Source of the DNA: Octopus sinensis
Lineage: Eukaryota
Length of the DNA stretch: 64,000 nt
NCBI RefSeq assembly: GCF_006345805.1
Contig: NC_043000.1
Coordinates: forward strand, 80,600,001 to 80,664,000
Reading direction: 5' to 3'
Both the position numbers and the translations under genes were made by a program. The notes beneath the pieces are model-generated. The model was not told the DNA's origin and searched no databases. It saw only the letters and a list, made by a program, of their open reading frames with translations. Shown here piece by piece: positions 1-12,974 of the stretch; the stretch's first letter is position 1, and each line of letters starts with the position of its first letter.

Positions 1-1593
1 TAAATTCTACACATCTTTTAAAAGATTTATTCAATTATTCAGTCAATATTCATTGTTTTTATATGTTTAAAAACGTCTATGTTTAACTGTACATTATGTG
101 TGTGTATGTGCATCTGTATGCATGTGTATATTGCACAATACTGATCAGTATTCCTGGATTTCTGGAAACTGGATAAAAGGTCCAGTACTGTGTTAAGATA
201 CCCTTCATTTTTAACTAACCATAAGTCTTTGTTTCCATCCTAATATAAATACGATCCTATTTCCTTTTTTACTTAAATAAGTCTTGTTATTCTTACTAAA
301 CACTAATCTTAACTTAAACACTAGTCTTTGATGTTATTCTTATCTAAACATAATGTTCCGTTTCCTTTCTTAGCTAAAAACAAGATTTTCCTCTGTAGCA
401 TTTTCTTTCTCAAGGTTGGAAATTGTAGAAGAAACAAATGAAGTGAATGTGAAGTTTGGAGTGACAGGTGATTTGACTGCAAACTGAAAAAAAATACCCT
501 CTTTTGTTATGACATTCATTGTTGTTGGATAGCCCTCAACCCAACCGCGGATATTTAAGTCTATGATTGAAGGTTTTCCAACTATGGTCATTTTGTCTTT
601 TTAACAATATGTAGGGCTACAATAGCTAGTGTGTCTTTTCTTTAAGACAGTAGAGTGTGATTTGGGAGATATAGGTTAAAATACTTCGCGTATTGTAGAA
701 GTACAAGCAATTTACTGCCCACAAATTTCAACAAAATCTTATATGGAACCTCATTTTTTATTCCCCATTTCGTTCATTTTTATAACAATACATTTTAGTA
801 GTTATAGTGTGCTGTGGGTCTACATAAGGATCTGAGACAAGAAAGAAATCATCTCATATAAAGAATAACATAACTTATACAAAGAATCGAAAGTAAAAAG
901 TAAAATTTAATATAAAAGTATATAAATCAAACAAAATGTTATACACCAATAATAAAACACAGCAAAATAAAACCATAAAAATCCATAAAAATGCAGTGTA
1001 AGTGCAGTTATGTCTCCTCAAGAGATACATATACACCTATGATGCACCACATTTATTTGTACAGCATCTCACCAGTGTGGTACTGGTGTATGATGAGTCA
1101 AACAATAGTAGTATGTATGTATGTATGTACACACATAGATACATACATACATACATACATACATATGGAAAAAAGGGAAATGGTATAGTGAACTTGCCAT
1201 AAGGAGTGGAATATCCAATGTTTTGGATTCAATCTTTGTCAGGGGATGTGCAGAGAAAAAGAGTCCCTCCATCAACCTTTTCCTTCTCCTTTCTGCACAT
1301 TCTCTCTTATAAATTCTATTTCACATTAGCAGCCCATGTTATTCTGCATCCATTATCAGTTGCAGCTAGTTTTTCAAACTGAGAGGATGTAAACTCTGCT
1401 TAACTTTTTTTCTCTTTTTCTCTTCTCCCTGACAAAAGATGCAATCAGAAATGTTGGATATTCCACTCCTCACAGTAAGTTCACTGTAGCCCTTTCACTT
1501 TTTTCTATATTTTTTCAAGATTATCACCTGAGTATATATATAAATATATATATATATATGTATTGAGAGAGAGAGACCAAAGTGTATGTACGC

Positions 1594-1670
<77 letters not shown>

Positions 1671-1675
<5 letters not shown>

Positions 1676-2016
1676 AGGCGCATGGCTCAGTGGTTAGAGC
1701 ATCGAGCTTACGATCGTGAGGTTGTGAGCTCGAATCCCGGACCGGGCTGCGTGTTGTGTTCTTGAGCAAGGCACTTTATTTCACGTTGCTCCAGTTCGCT
1801 CAGCTGTAGTAATGAGTTGCGACGTCACTGGTGCCAAGCTGTATCGACCTTTGTCTTTCCCTTGGATAACACTGGTGGCGTGGAGAGGGGAGGCTGGTAT
1901 GCATGGGCGACTGCTGGTCTTCCATAAACAACCTTGCCCGGACTTGTGTTTAGGAGGGTAACTTTCTAGGTGCAATCCCATGGTCATTCATGACCGAAGG
2001 GGGTCTTTACCCTTTA
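1671..2016 (+). mobile_element. tRNA-derived SINE, apparently full length, inserted in (TA)n
   Basis: A-box-like TGGCTCAGTGG and B-box-like GCTCGAATCC in a tRNA-like head, followed by a conserved-looking core (cttgagcaaggcacttt...cagctgtag). (TA)n on both sides. Confidence 0.8.
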
Positions 2017-2643
2017 TATATATATATACAATGGGCTTCCAATAACCAAATTGATACACAGAGCATTAATTGATTCTGGACTATAGTAAAAGACACTTGC
2101 CCATGGAGCTGTACAGTAGAACTGAACCTGAAACCATGTGGTTGAAAAATGAGCTTCTTAACCACACAGCCATGTCTGCATGCACCATGTATCTAAGTTA
2201 CCATATTAAAACCTATGAATATATAGGATAAGGTAGTCATGTGTAAAATATACCAGAAATGACGTGGGGACAGTCAAAGTTTGAATGTTAGATAAATTAC
2301 ATAAATTTATTATAAAGTAGCATGTTCTATAAACTAGTTTTTGTTTCTGCATAATTTCAAGTCAGCTCTCTTCATACAGGCCTATGATAAAAGCTTTCCA
2401 GACATAACTCCCCTATCTTATTTTTTATTAACATATCTGAGACTATATCATCAAATGCATCCTTCCCTTTTTGAAGATGACAAGGTTTAGCTTGATGAAT
2501 ATTTGGCCGTTATTTCTAACAAGCAAAGCAACCATCTAGATGCTCCCTCACTGGTTTGTCTTGAAGCTTGGGGTTGTAATATATGGTAGATTGAACTTAA
2601 CTAATCAGTTACATAGTCATCTTCTAGATCATTCATTTACTCT

Positions 2644-2990
2644 ATTACTTGTTTCAGTCATTTGACTGCGGCCATGCTGTAGCACCACCTTTAGTCGAGC
2701 AAATTGACCCCAGGACTTAACCTAGTACTTGTTCCATTGGTTTCTTTTGCCGAGCTGCTAAGTGACGGAACGCAAACACACCAGCATCAGTTGTCAAGCG
2801 ATGTTGGGGGGACAAACACAGACACGCAAACACACACACACACACACACAGAGGCACACACACACACATACACACACATATACATATACATATAGTAGAA
2901 GACACTTGCCCAAGGTGCCACACAGTGGGATTGAACCTGGAACCATGTGGTTGATAAGCAAGCTACTTACCACACAGCCACTCCTGCCCC
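2644..2990 (-). mobile_element. Abundant Octopus-type tRNA SINE (family A), internally deleted copy
   Basis: Same head and body as the copies at 6095, 55118 and 57104; ORF-track translations of these copies are near-identical. Confidence 0.8.
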
Positions 2991-3524
2991 TCATCTATAA
3001 TTTTTACATATTTCATGAATTTTTCATGCTAGAACATTTTAAAGGGCAATAAATATGAAGTTATTACATTCATGCATTTCCCAAAGAACTCTGTTTATTC
3101 AAGCAAAAATGAAAAAATACAATGGCAAGTTGAAATTGAAACTGAATCTTTGACTTCATGTTTTAAGAGATAGTTTTAGCACCACCACCACCGCCACCAC
3201 CATTACCACCACTCCCAACATCACAAATCCTAACCACCACTCCCACAACCACTGCCACCATAACCACAATCACCTTTACTAGCAATAACATTCCCCCACT
3301 ATCACCACAACAATGGCATACCATACACCATGCACCACACACCATGCACTATACAAAGGAATGGAAATTCAGTCCAATACATGGAGAATTTTTAGTTTAT
3401 TCTTAGATTGGTTGAGATTCCATCATAGATAGGGACATACAGACATGTGTCTGAATGTCTGCATGGTATTATTGGTCTGTAGATCCACATTTGATTACAG
3501 AGAAATTATAGTGAGAAGAAAATT

Positions 3525-3525
3525 C

Positions 3526-3557
<32 letters not shown>

Positions 3558-3830
3558 CTGTTATTGTCGCTGGCATCATTGGCATCACCATCATCATCAT
3601 CATTGTCCTTGTTGTCACCACCACTATTGTCGTTTTTGTCATCACCATCATCATTATAGCTGCCATCATCATCATCATCATCATCATCACCATTAGTATT
3701 ATGATGTTTTTATAATATGATTATTCTCCTATGCAATATCAACATTACCTTCATCTTCATCATCATCATCATCATTATCACCATTATTATAATTAATATT
3801 ATTGTCATTATCATCATCATCAATATTATC
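3525..3830. repeat. (CAT)n-type compound microsatellite
   Basis: Directly visible; explains the poly-His and poly-Met ORFs. Confidence 0.95.
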
Positions 3831-5204
3831 ATAGTTGTCAATTAAAACTAGTGCTTTTTTCTTAAACTTTGCTTTAACATGACAAACTTATATGAGTTTG
3901 AGTTAAAAGTATGAACATGTGAGACAATCATAAATTTCTCATTAGTAGCATAGGTAAAAATGTATTAACTTCCATGAAACATTATTCCTATGTTGCTGAA
4001 TGACTATTGTTTAAGTATTCATGATTTCAGAAACACATCAACTGATTCCTTTCTCATGTCCAGTCCATACTCTTCCACCAGATAAGATAGTTACTGTTTA
4101 AGATAGTTATTGTTTATTGATTTATAAATATTGATGTGGATTGCTAATGGGAAGGGCATCCACCTGTAGAAAATCTGCCACAAGAAATTCTATTTGATTT
4201 TTGCAATCATTGAAACTTAGATGTTTTATGATGTTTAATGATGATGATGTAGTGTAACCACAGTAAGAATGGTGTAAATAAAGGTTTGGAACTTATTGCT
4301 TCTGAAGGTGGCAAAGGGATTTCTCAACTGAGAAGTAGATTGTGCATGAAATGCAATGTTGCATATTAATGAAAAATGGGCATTAAACTGGCACTCTATC
4401 GGTTACAATGACAATAGTTGCAGTTGATCTGATCAATGGAACAGCCTACTTGCAAAATTAATGTTCAAGTGGCTGGGTGCTTCACAGCCATGTGTACCCT
4501 TAATGTTGTTCTCAGGGATATTCAGTGTAACATAGAATGTGACAAGGCTGGTCTTTGAAATACAGGTACTACTCATATTTGTCAGCTGAGTAAACTGGAA
4601 CAATGTAAAGCAGAGTGTTTTGCTCAAGGAAATAACGTGCATTGCATGCAGACGATTTGTGAAAACAGGTAAGAAACAAGGTGAGCACATTCATTTTGAA
4701 GTATAATGTTCAAAGCATAAATGGTGTAACGTAAAGGAACTGAGAGAAAAATTGGGTACAAGAAGAATCTGATTTTGTATGAAGGAGAGAAGACTCTGCT
4801 TGTATGGACATGAGATAAGTATAGAAATTTTACTGTTAGATGAAAAGAAGTGCCAAGTAATCCAAGTGAGGAGAAAAAAACTGATGAAAAATGAAGTCTG
4901 AGAAAAAAATGGTGAAGATGACTCTCAGGATGCTTAAATTCATTAAAGAAATCACAAAGGATTATAGCAAATGATGAAATGTTGTACTGAAATAGATATG
5001 CCCAAATCAAGCAATTATACTAAAAAAAAAGTGTAAAAGTGTGATATTGATAAGAATGATTTAAATGATGATGCATCTATTTTAGAGAATGATATTCTCG
5101 AGGGTGAAGTAAGTAGAATCTTTTGAAGAAATTAGTAATCTTTGACAAAACCATATGCCTGGAATATAAAACATGAACAAATATTTATGGTTAGCAAGTT
5201 AGAT

Positions 5205-5420
5205 ATTAGTTTCAAATTTTGGCACAAGGCCAGCAAGCTTGGAGGAAGGGATAAGTCAGTTGTTTACATTGATCCCAGTGCTCAACTGGTACTTCTGTTA
5301 TCAACCTTAAAAAGACAAAAGGCAAAGCTGACCTCAGTGGAAGTTGAACTCAGATCATAAAGATAGATAAAATGTTGCTAAGTATTTTTCCCAGTGTGCT
5401 AATGATATTGCCAGCCTGCT
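5205..5420 (-). mobile_element. tRNA-derived SINE family B (Nin-domain-like)
   Basis: Homologous to 24743-24982; the minus strand carries GCCTTT...GATAA...AGTACCAGTTGAGCACTGGG and a B-box-like segment. Confidence 0.7.
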
Positions 5421-5870
5421 ACCTTAACAAGTAACATGTCATCAAAATAGGGATGAGAAAAAACATATTCGTTCTTAGAGGTAGTTGACAAAGGAGTCTA
5501 TTTGAAGTCATTCAAGATGCTAGAGTTAGCAACCAGGTCTCTCTAAATTCACACCCTATTATCTTGAAAGAGAATACATCAAACCTTGTCATTCTGGGTT
5601 TCTTTCATATATGGAAAATGCTGGAATGATTACACCTGGAATGACTTTGATCACAGACTCGAGACTAAACAATAACATCATAAGAGGGAACATTCTAGTA
5701 AATAAACCAATGAGAAAACTTTTGCATAGTTTTATCTTTTATCTTATATCTTTTACTTGTTTCAGTCATTTGACTGTGGCAAGACAACAAAATAATAAAA
5801 GAGACCTTGATATTATGTAAACAGAGGAATTTATCTGTAAATATAATATGTGACAATTATTTGGTAGCCA

Positions 5871-5932
5871 TGATAAAACTCAAGTTTCGGATGTCAAGGC
5901 AGAAACCCACGCCAGCATCTCTTCAGTTATCA
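5871..5932 (-). ncRNA. Type I hammerhead ribozyme motif (inverted partner of 5962-6024)
   Basis: Reverse complement reads tgataa-CTGAAGA-gatg...catc c-GAAA-cttgag-TT-ttatca. Confidence 0.6.
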
Positions 5933-5961
5933 GGCCATCACAAAAATTTTTTTCAATGGCC

Positions 5962-6024
5962 TGATAACTGAAGAGATGCCGGTGTGGGTTTTCACCCTGA
6001 TATCCGAAACTCAGAGTTTTATCA
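5962..6024 (+). ncRNA. Type I hammerhead ribozyme motif (older copy)
   Basis: tgataa-CTGAAGA-stem II (imperfect)-GAAA-ctc a gag-T T-ttatca: 6-bp stem I, quasi-palindromic stem III, GUU triplet. Confidence 0.65.
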
Positions 6025-6058
6025 CAGCTACAGAATAATTATCACACATTATATTTAC

Positions 6059-6094
<36 letters not shown>

Positions 6095-6097
<3 letters not shown>

Positions 6098-6510
6098 TGC
6101 AGGAGTGGCTGTGTGGTAAGTAGTTTGCTTACAAACCACATAGTTCCTGGTCTAGTCCCATTGGGTGGCACCTTGGGCAAGTGTCTTCTACTATAGCCTC
6201 GGACCGACCAAAGCCTTGTGAGTGGATTTGGTAGATGAAAACTGAAAGAAGCCTGTCGTATATATATATATGCATATATGTGTGTGTGTGTGTGTGTGTT
6301 TGTATGTCTGTGTTTGTCCCCCAACATTGCTTGACAACCGATGCTGGTGTGTTAACGTCCCCGTAACTTAGCAGTTCGGCAAAAGAGACCGAGAGAATAA
6401 GTACTAGGCTCACAAAGAATAAGTCCTAGTGTTGATTTGCTCGACTAAAGCAGTGCTCCAGCATGGCCACAGTCAAATGACTGAAACAAGTCAAAGAGTA
6501 AAAGAGTAGA

Positions 6511-6512
<2 letters not shown>
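6095..6512 (+). mobile_element. tRNA SINE family A, full length
   Basis: Head AGGTGCAGGAGTGGCTGTGTGGTAAG, internal TA/GT microsatellite, aagagt-type tail; flanked by (TA)n. Confidence 0.85.
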
Positions 6513-6554
<42 letters not shown>

Positions 6555-7924
6555 TGGGCTTCTTTTACTTTCTGTCTACTAAATCTATTCACAAGACTTT
6601 GGTCGGCCCGAGACTATAATAGAAAACTCCTGCCCAAGGTCCCACACAGTTGGGAAGCAAGCTTCTTACCATACAGACATGCCTGTGCCTATACTTGTTT
6701 GACTTGATAGAAATAATAGTCCAATCACTCTTAAGCCACACCCTACCACTTTAGAAAAAGTGAACAATAAATGCAGTTTAATTTTTGATAAAATGTGTCT
6801 GCTAACAAAGACAGCATGGTTATGACCAGAACATTTTTGATCATATTTCTATTCTCTCAAGATTGACTTTGGGTTAAACAACAACAACAACAATGGCAAC
6901 AATTTAGTGAAAGTAAAAAAAAATAGATAAATAAATAAAAGACATACATATTAATATATTTTATATTCATCATATGTTTGATATGTAAAAAACCTGTAAA
7001 GGCCACCAGCTGGCTGCTAATGTGTCGATTCTGCAAGTTAGAATAAAAGACTGTTTGAAATGTAGCATTGTTCGGATATTTATGATGTTTGTTGTTAAAG
7101 TTTTTACAAGGTTGTCTTTCACCCCCCTAGGAATTTGTTTCACTTCAACAGTAGTCAGAATTCTTGTAGGTTAGTAGTTGAGGAGGTTAAAGTAAGCTAG
7201 AGGGCAAAGAATTTGAGAAGAATTATGGGTAATAAAAATATATTTAATAAATAAACAGATAAAGTAGAATTTCTCTCATGTTATTCTATTATGATGAAAA
7301 CCAAAAGTAACAACAACAGTAATAATAATAATAATAATAATGGTAATAATAACAAGAACAGCGATGATGATGATGATATTAATAATAATAATAATAATAA
7401 TAACAATAATGAAACAAATGAAAACACAAAATAATAAAATAGCTACATATATAAAAATGCAAATAAAATAAGAGTGGCAGAGAAGGGAGGGTGGGGTGGT
7501 GGTGAAGAATCAGAATTTAAAATGAAGAGAAATATGAATGACTAACTTATAAAGTCATGATCAATATTCTTTTTTCACTCCTCATTCATATTTATTTGTT
7601 TTTTTATTATATTTTATTGCTTCCTTTTTGTTATTTTTGTTTGTGTTTATTGTATATTTTTATTTTATTTTTTTTTTTTATTTCTAAAAAATATTTTATG
7701 GTTTTCTTTCTTCCTCAATTTTTTTTCTTTTCTTAAATTTTTATCAATTTATTTTTCTACTGTTGAATATTTTGGAAGAAAACATATTTTTGGTTGAATG
7801 AATAAACTGGCAGAAAACCAAAATTTGATCCTATAACATATCATATTATATTATGCATTATATTATATTACATTATATTATATTATATTATATTATATTA
7901 TATATCATATTGATATTATTTCAG

Positions 7925-8027
7925 AGAAGAAGTGGAGAGGAAGGATTGGGTAATACTTTCTCGAAAAAACTGCTCATCCACACTGCTTTTGGCATGAATA
8001 TCTATTTTGATATAGCTTACAGTAATG
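7925..8027 (+). CDS. Candidate internal exon of an unidentified host gene (RRSGEEGLGNTFSKKLLIHTAFGMNIYFDIAYSN)
   Basis: tttcag acceptor and strong gtaagt donor; only one frame is open; ends in phase 1, compatible with the exon at 14819. Confidence 0.5.
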
Positions 8028-9333
8028 GTAAGTAATTGAGAGTTGAGTGCAGATGCTATGAGAAGAATGAAGAGATGACATACACAATACACAATAATGA
8101 AAGCATGAACACGTCAAACCATGGTACATGTATCTAGATAAATATATGGGCTGGAGGAGACATAATAGAAAATTATAATGAGGATAACAACAACAGCAAT
8201 AACAACAATTATCATGATACTAATAATAATCATAATAATTTTGTTATTGATCACAAGGGCAATAGATGACAGAACAATATAAGGTCAAGTATTAATTATA
8301 AAACAGGAAAGAAACAATTGGAGTATATACGTGTGTTTGTGTATATTTATCTAGTTATGTATGTATATATATATATGTGTATGTATGTATGTATGTATGT
8401 ATGTATGTATGTATGTATGTATGTATGTATGTATGTATGTATACACACTCACACTCAACACACATATACAATATGATATGTATACATACCTGTGTGCATG
8501 TACACACACAGATTTTGCTTTTGAATTTCTTTTGCATATAAGTATATTTATGTATCTCTCTCTCTCTCTCACTATATATATATATATATGCATATGAAAG
8601 AGTCATATGAATATGAAGTGGAATTGCAAAAATGAAGTTCAGGTTTCAACAGTTCATACAGTATTTACTATTTATCATTTATAAGATGAACATCGAGCAC
8701 AATAGTTTGACAGAGTAACAAACAAGGGACGAGGAAAAGCAGTGTTTATCATAGATAGATCTTTATATTTTGCTAGTCTAGTTGTCATATCTAGCAGCTA
8801 TTTGCTGAAGCTCTACTCACATGCTGTTGACTGCCTTTAAATTCTTGTTGCTGAGCTGCTCAATGTTTTTGTCTACTTTCAAGAGACTTTACATAGGTTT
8901 TGAATTATCACCCTCAACAAGCATGACTGGATCATCTGGTGATGTCTTGAAGTATTTTTTGCAATTTGTAAAGGCTATTTTTTTGTCCTTGACTGCAGTC
9001 AATTCATGTATTCCCTGGCTAGAGAACATTATTAGTTAATTTCTTCATAATATCATCAGGTCCAGTTGTTTTAGAAAGGAATTTAGCCAAACAAATCGAC
9101 CCCAGTGGTCAGAGACAAATAAAGTCACAATAACGCACACACATAGATACATACATGCATACATACATATTATGACAGGCTTCTTTTAGTTTCCATCTAC
9201 CAAATCCACTCACAAGGCTTTGGTTGGCCTGAGGCTATAGTAGAAGACAGTTTCCCAAGATGTCATGCTGTGTGACTGAACCCAGAACTGTGCAATTGGG
9301 AAGCAAGCATCTTACCACACAGCCATGACTGCA

Positions 9334-9371
<38 letters not shown>

Positions 9372-9640
9372 TTATTTATTTATTTATTTGTGTGTGTGCA
9401 TGCTGATGTCATATAAAAAGACCCAGAACACTCCGGAAAATGGTTGGCTTCAAGGAAGGGCATTGGGCCATAGAAACCATGCCAAAGCAGAAAATGGATC
9501 TTGGTGTGGCTCTCAGTCATACCAGTTCCTGCCAAACCATTGAACCCAAGCCAACACGGAAAACAGATATTTAATGATATATATATATATATATGTGTGT
9601 GTGTGTATATGTATATATATATATTTGTATATATACATAC

Positions 9641-9713
<73 letters not shown>

Positions 9714-9714
9714 A

Positions 9715-9983
9715 TAAAATTAAAATTTAGGGTATCCAAGAGATACCACCACGCTGGAATAGCAGCCAGAACCTGACTCTAAAACCACATTAAATGCTCA
9801 TTCAGCACCAGGAGAGAAGACAAAAAGATGAAATAAGCTAGCAAAAATTACTGGTTTATTTTGCTAGTTTATTTTGTCTTCTCTCCTGGTGCTGTATGAA
9901 CATTTAATGTGGTTTTAGAGTCAGGTTCTGGCTGCTATTTCCAGCGTGGCAGTATCTCTTAGATACCCTAAATTATAATTTTA
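9715..9983. repeat. Near-perfect fold-back (~130-bp arms, ~9-nt spacer) next to (TA)n
   Basis: agggtatccaagagatac...agctagcaaaa mirrored by ttttgctagtt...gtatctcttagataccct. Confidence 0.85.
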
Positions 9984-10149
9984 ATAATAATTATTACCTT
10001 TGAAGGTTTTTATTCCCATGCTGTCAACTTGATAAGATCGATATTTAAATTAATGATCTTATCCTTATAAATATATATATATATTTATGTGTGTGTGTAT
10101 ATGCATACATACATACAAGATGTTCAAGCTAATTTTGATAGTTTGTATA

Positions 10150-10960
10150 AAAGGAACAGATAATGTAATATTCCACCCTAAAAGGAAAGTATTTAAGAAA
10201 AATCAAAAACTATCAACAAGACTATAGCTGAGAAATAACAATTTACTCAAAGAAGCAGCCCTCACCTTTCATCACAGTCTCAAGACAGCTATGGAACCTG
10301 CTATATTCATTCTTCATTGTGTCTCTAGGTAGATCTTTGAACACTCCTTGACTTTGGCCACCAGCTCAGCTTTGGTATTGCAGGCAAAACAGTTGGTGTC
10401 TTTTTCAACTGCACCACACACATGCTAATCCAAAGGATTACAGTTAGGAGGCTAGAAATTGGCACTCGTGAAGTCATAGATATTCTCCAATAACCACTTC
10501 TAACTCTTTCCAGAAGTAAGGCAATGAGCTGAATTCTGCTGTCACATATATGGTGTTCCAGCAATAATCCTCACCAGCCAGAGATTAACCACAGTTTCCA
10601 GCAACTTCACATAACCATCTGAAATGAGCCAATGGGTCTGTTCATTGGTTGTTGAATGGACTCCAGTGTGTGAACACAGAATGCCTGCTATGTCCCTTTC
10701 ACAGTCACAGTTTCATAGTCTGCATTACAGCTGTCCATGTTACATCTTACATCATCAACAGTGTTCACAGAACATTAAGTGGCAGTCATGATTTTGGCAT
10801 TTTGATAACAGGCACAAATCATCATGATACAACTAAATCTTTTCCAATATTCAGATGTCTTCCAGTCCTCTATATCAGCTAATTTTTTTTCAACTATACT
10901 TTTAATCTTATTTCTCTTCAATGTCATTGACTGTTTCTCAATACACCAAGCTGTTCCTAA
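10150..10960 (-). mobile_element. Degenerate Tc1/mariner (maT-like) transposon remnant
   Basis: Minus-strand fragments resemble the QQD/PP..P..NPLD..V region; same family as 15800-16530, with similar spurious ORF translations in opposite orientation. Confidence 0.6.
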
Positions 10961-11101
10961 ACTTTCTGTATGTATATAATATTGTTAACATATCATCACC
11001 ATTTAACATCCATTCACCATACTATATATATATGTGTGTGTACATATATGTGTATGTGTGTGTGTGTTTGTGTATGTGTGTATGTATATGTGTGTGTGTG
11101 C

Positions 11102-11132
<31 letters not shown>

Positions 11133-11659
11133 TACTCTAGCAAATGCACCCATCTTTTGGACGGTGTAATTATTATGATGGTGCACTCCTGTGGCTGGTT
11201 TAAGTTGAATTAGCCTACAGTTAGAAGTTGCTTCAAGTTGATAAGCATAAAATGTATAATTATCATTTTTGTTATCAGTTTATGATATGGTATTAAGAAA
11301 CTTAGGTAATGAATAAAAGTTTTTGAATACAAATTTGGCAGATAGTAATAAATGAAAGTCCATGAAATGAGATCACAATTGCAGTAGGCATTAGGGATCC
11401 TATATTTTACCTGAAGCCTTTTGTATCATGTACTTATTTTTCTTGTAATACCTGACACAATCGCATTGAGGCTTTTTTGCAGTGAAAGTCATGCATGATA
11501 AAGAAAAGCAAACATTTATAATAAACATGCAAATAGAATAATGGCATGTACAAATATAAATGTCAGAGCATGCTTATGAGTGAACAGCATGCGTGAAGTA
11601 AGAAAGGTCATTGAAGGTAATGTACTGTTAACAGCAATCAGGGAAATGAAGTAAAATAT

Positions 11660-12370
11660 CAATGAAATGGCTACAGTTTGGTGTAGATGCGAAGAATGCA
11701 GTAGAGGAATAACTACTGTAGGGCTGCTTTGCAGATGACATTCTTTGTTTCTCCTGCAGGAGCGTAGATGAATAAGTTGTCTGGATGGCAAACTCTGGAA
11801 CAACTTGACGTAGAACTGTCCATGGGAAAAGCACAATGTTCGAAGGTCCAATCTGACAACTTTCAGCAACTGACCTTGTGCTTTGTTAATTGTCATGGCG
11901 AAGCTAAGTTCCAGAGAGAACTGAAGTCTCTGCATAGAGTAGGGGCAGTCAGTTGGGGTTAGCGGAATTTTCAGAATGAAAATGGTATTGTTTTTGCTAT
12001 GTCCCATGATAATTTGGTCTTCAATGGCGTGGTCCATCATTTGTTTGACCACAAGGCAAGTTCCATTGCATTTAGATTGCATAGGATTGCATGGGGAGGG
12101 AGTCCTGGAGGATCTTGGGAGTTGAGAAATTCTGTTGGAAAGTGTGTAACCTGATTGGGGTTGGTAACAGTGTCAACTGATCTGTACCAACGTTCTTGAG
12201 AAGGTAGCTGACTAAGTCATAGTTAAGAGTGTTGACAGCCCTGTTGCAAAGCCGATCTGGTTGTAAAATTTAGGTAACTGGCTGAACATAAGTCATCAGG
12301 GCTGGAGACAGTGTGGGCAATGGTGGTAGTGTCAATGTATCCATTGTCATCAGATGTAATTTGTCCATAA
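11660..12370 (-). mobile_element. Helitron remnant (PIF1-type helicase C-terminus)
   Basis: CNGT.LVVK, IPLTPTD.P...RLQF.LELSFAMTINKAQGQ, CFSHGQFYV, and upstream FPTEFLNS.DPPGLPPH; frameshifted. Confidence 0.85.
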
Positions 12371-12371
12371 C

Positions 12372-12765
12372 CTGGAGACAATATTTCCTGGAGCTAAATA
12401 ACAGTTACAATCGTTCTAACCAGGACTGCTACATTATGTTGGCAAATAATCTTTACTCTTGTGTAATGTCTCTCGTTCAGAGATTTAGAAATAATAATTT
12501 TCTATTTATTAGATCAGTGACTGTGTATAACTTTGAAAAGAATATTTCAAGCAAGAGTTTAGTGGCACCACCTCTAGCCGAGCAGTTATTCTGTGCTGAT
12601 GAAGTGAAATAACCCAAAAACCATTATTACACAGATATTGCTTTGTGCTGAGGGGGCACTAAGCTCCCTTGTTCTAAAATATAAGGATGCACATAATGTG
12701 TCTTATAGCCAGCTGGAGACAATGTCTCCTAAGGCTAAAGAACAGTAACAATCAGTTTAACCTGA
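12372..12765 (+). mobile_element. Old retrozyme/Penelope-like unit (family X): ~341-bp monomer with a terminal direct repeat and a decayed hammerhead
   Basis: ctggagacaat...gctaaa.aacagt.acaatc occurs at ~12372 and ~12713. Between them tctgtg-CTGATGA-...-aaaa-ccattat-TA-cacaga (12590-12635), with the GAAA mutated. Confidence 0.55.
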
Positions 12766-12922
12766 ATGTCAAACAATGAAATGAGTCCTCAACACCACAT
12801 TGGCAGATATATAGTTTCTTTATTTGTGAATTAAGGCTACCATTGATTTCATGTTAAGAAACGTAGGAAAATATCCTAGTGTCCTAACAACTTTTCAAGC
12901 TGATCACATGGAGGAAGGTGTA

Positions 12923-12972
<50 letters not shown>

Positions 12973-12974
12973 TA

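Larger units (their letters stand above)
5832..6063. mobile_element. Head-to-head inverted repeat (~105-bp arms), each arm carrying a hammerhead motif; Penelope/retrozyme-like
   Basis: Arms ~5832-5939 and ~5956-6063 are reverse complements with scattered mismatches. The right end abuts (TA)n. Confidence 0.75.

Noticed and set aside
370-591. 73-aa minus-strand ORF (MTIVGKPSIIDLNIRGW...)
   Set aside because: Closed by an in-frame stop three codons upstream of the ATG, with no recognisable domain and no convincing splice context.
5083-5115. Possible 23-nt microexon (ttttag...gtaagt)
   Set aside because: It lies in decayed repeat-like sequence and has no supporting reading frame or partner exon.
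8820-9060. Minus-strand exon-like stretch and a CTGATGA...GAAA motif
   Set aside because: The best frame has an internal stop; the hammerhead-like motif lacks stem II and a proper stem I.
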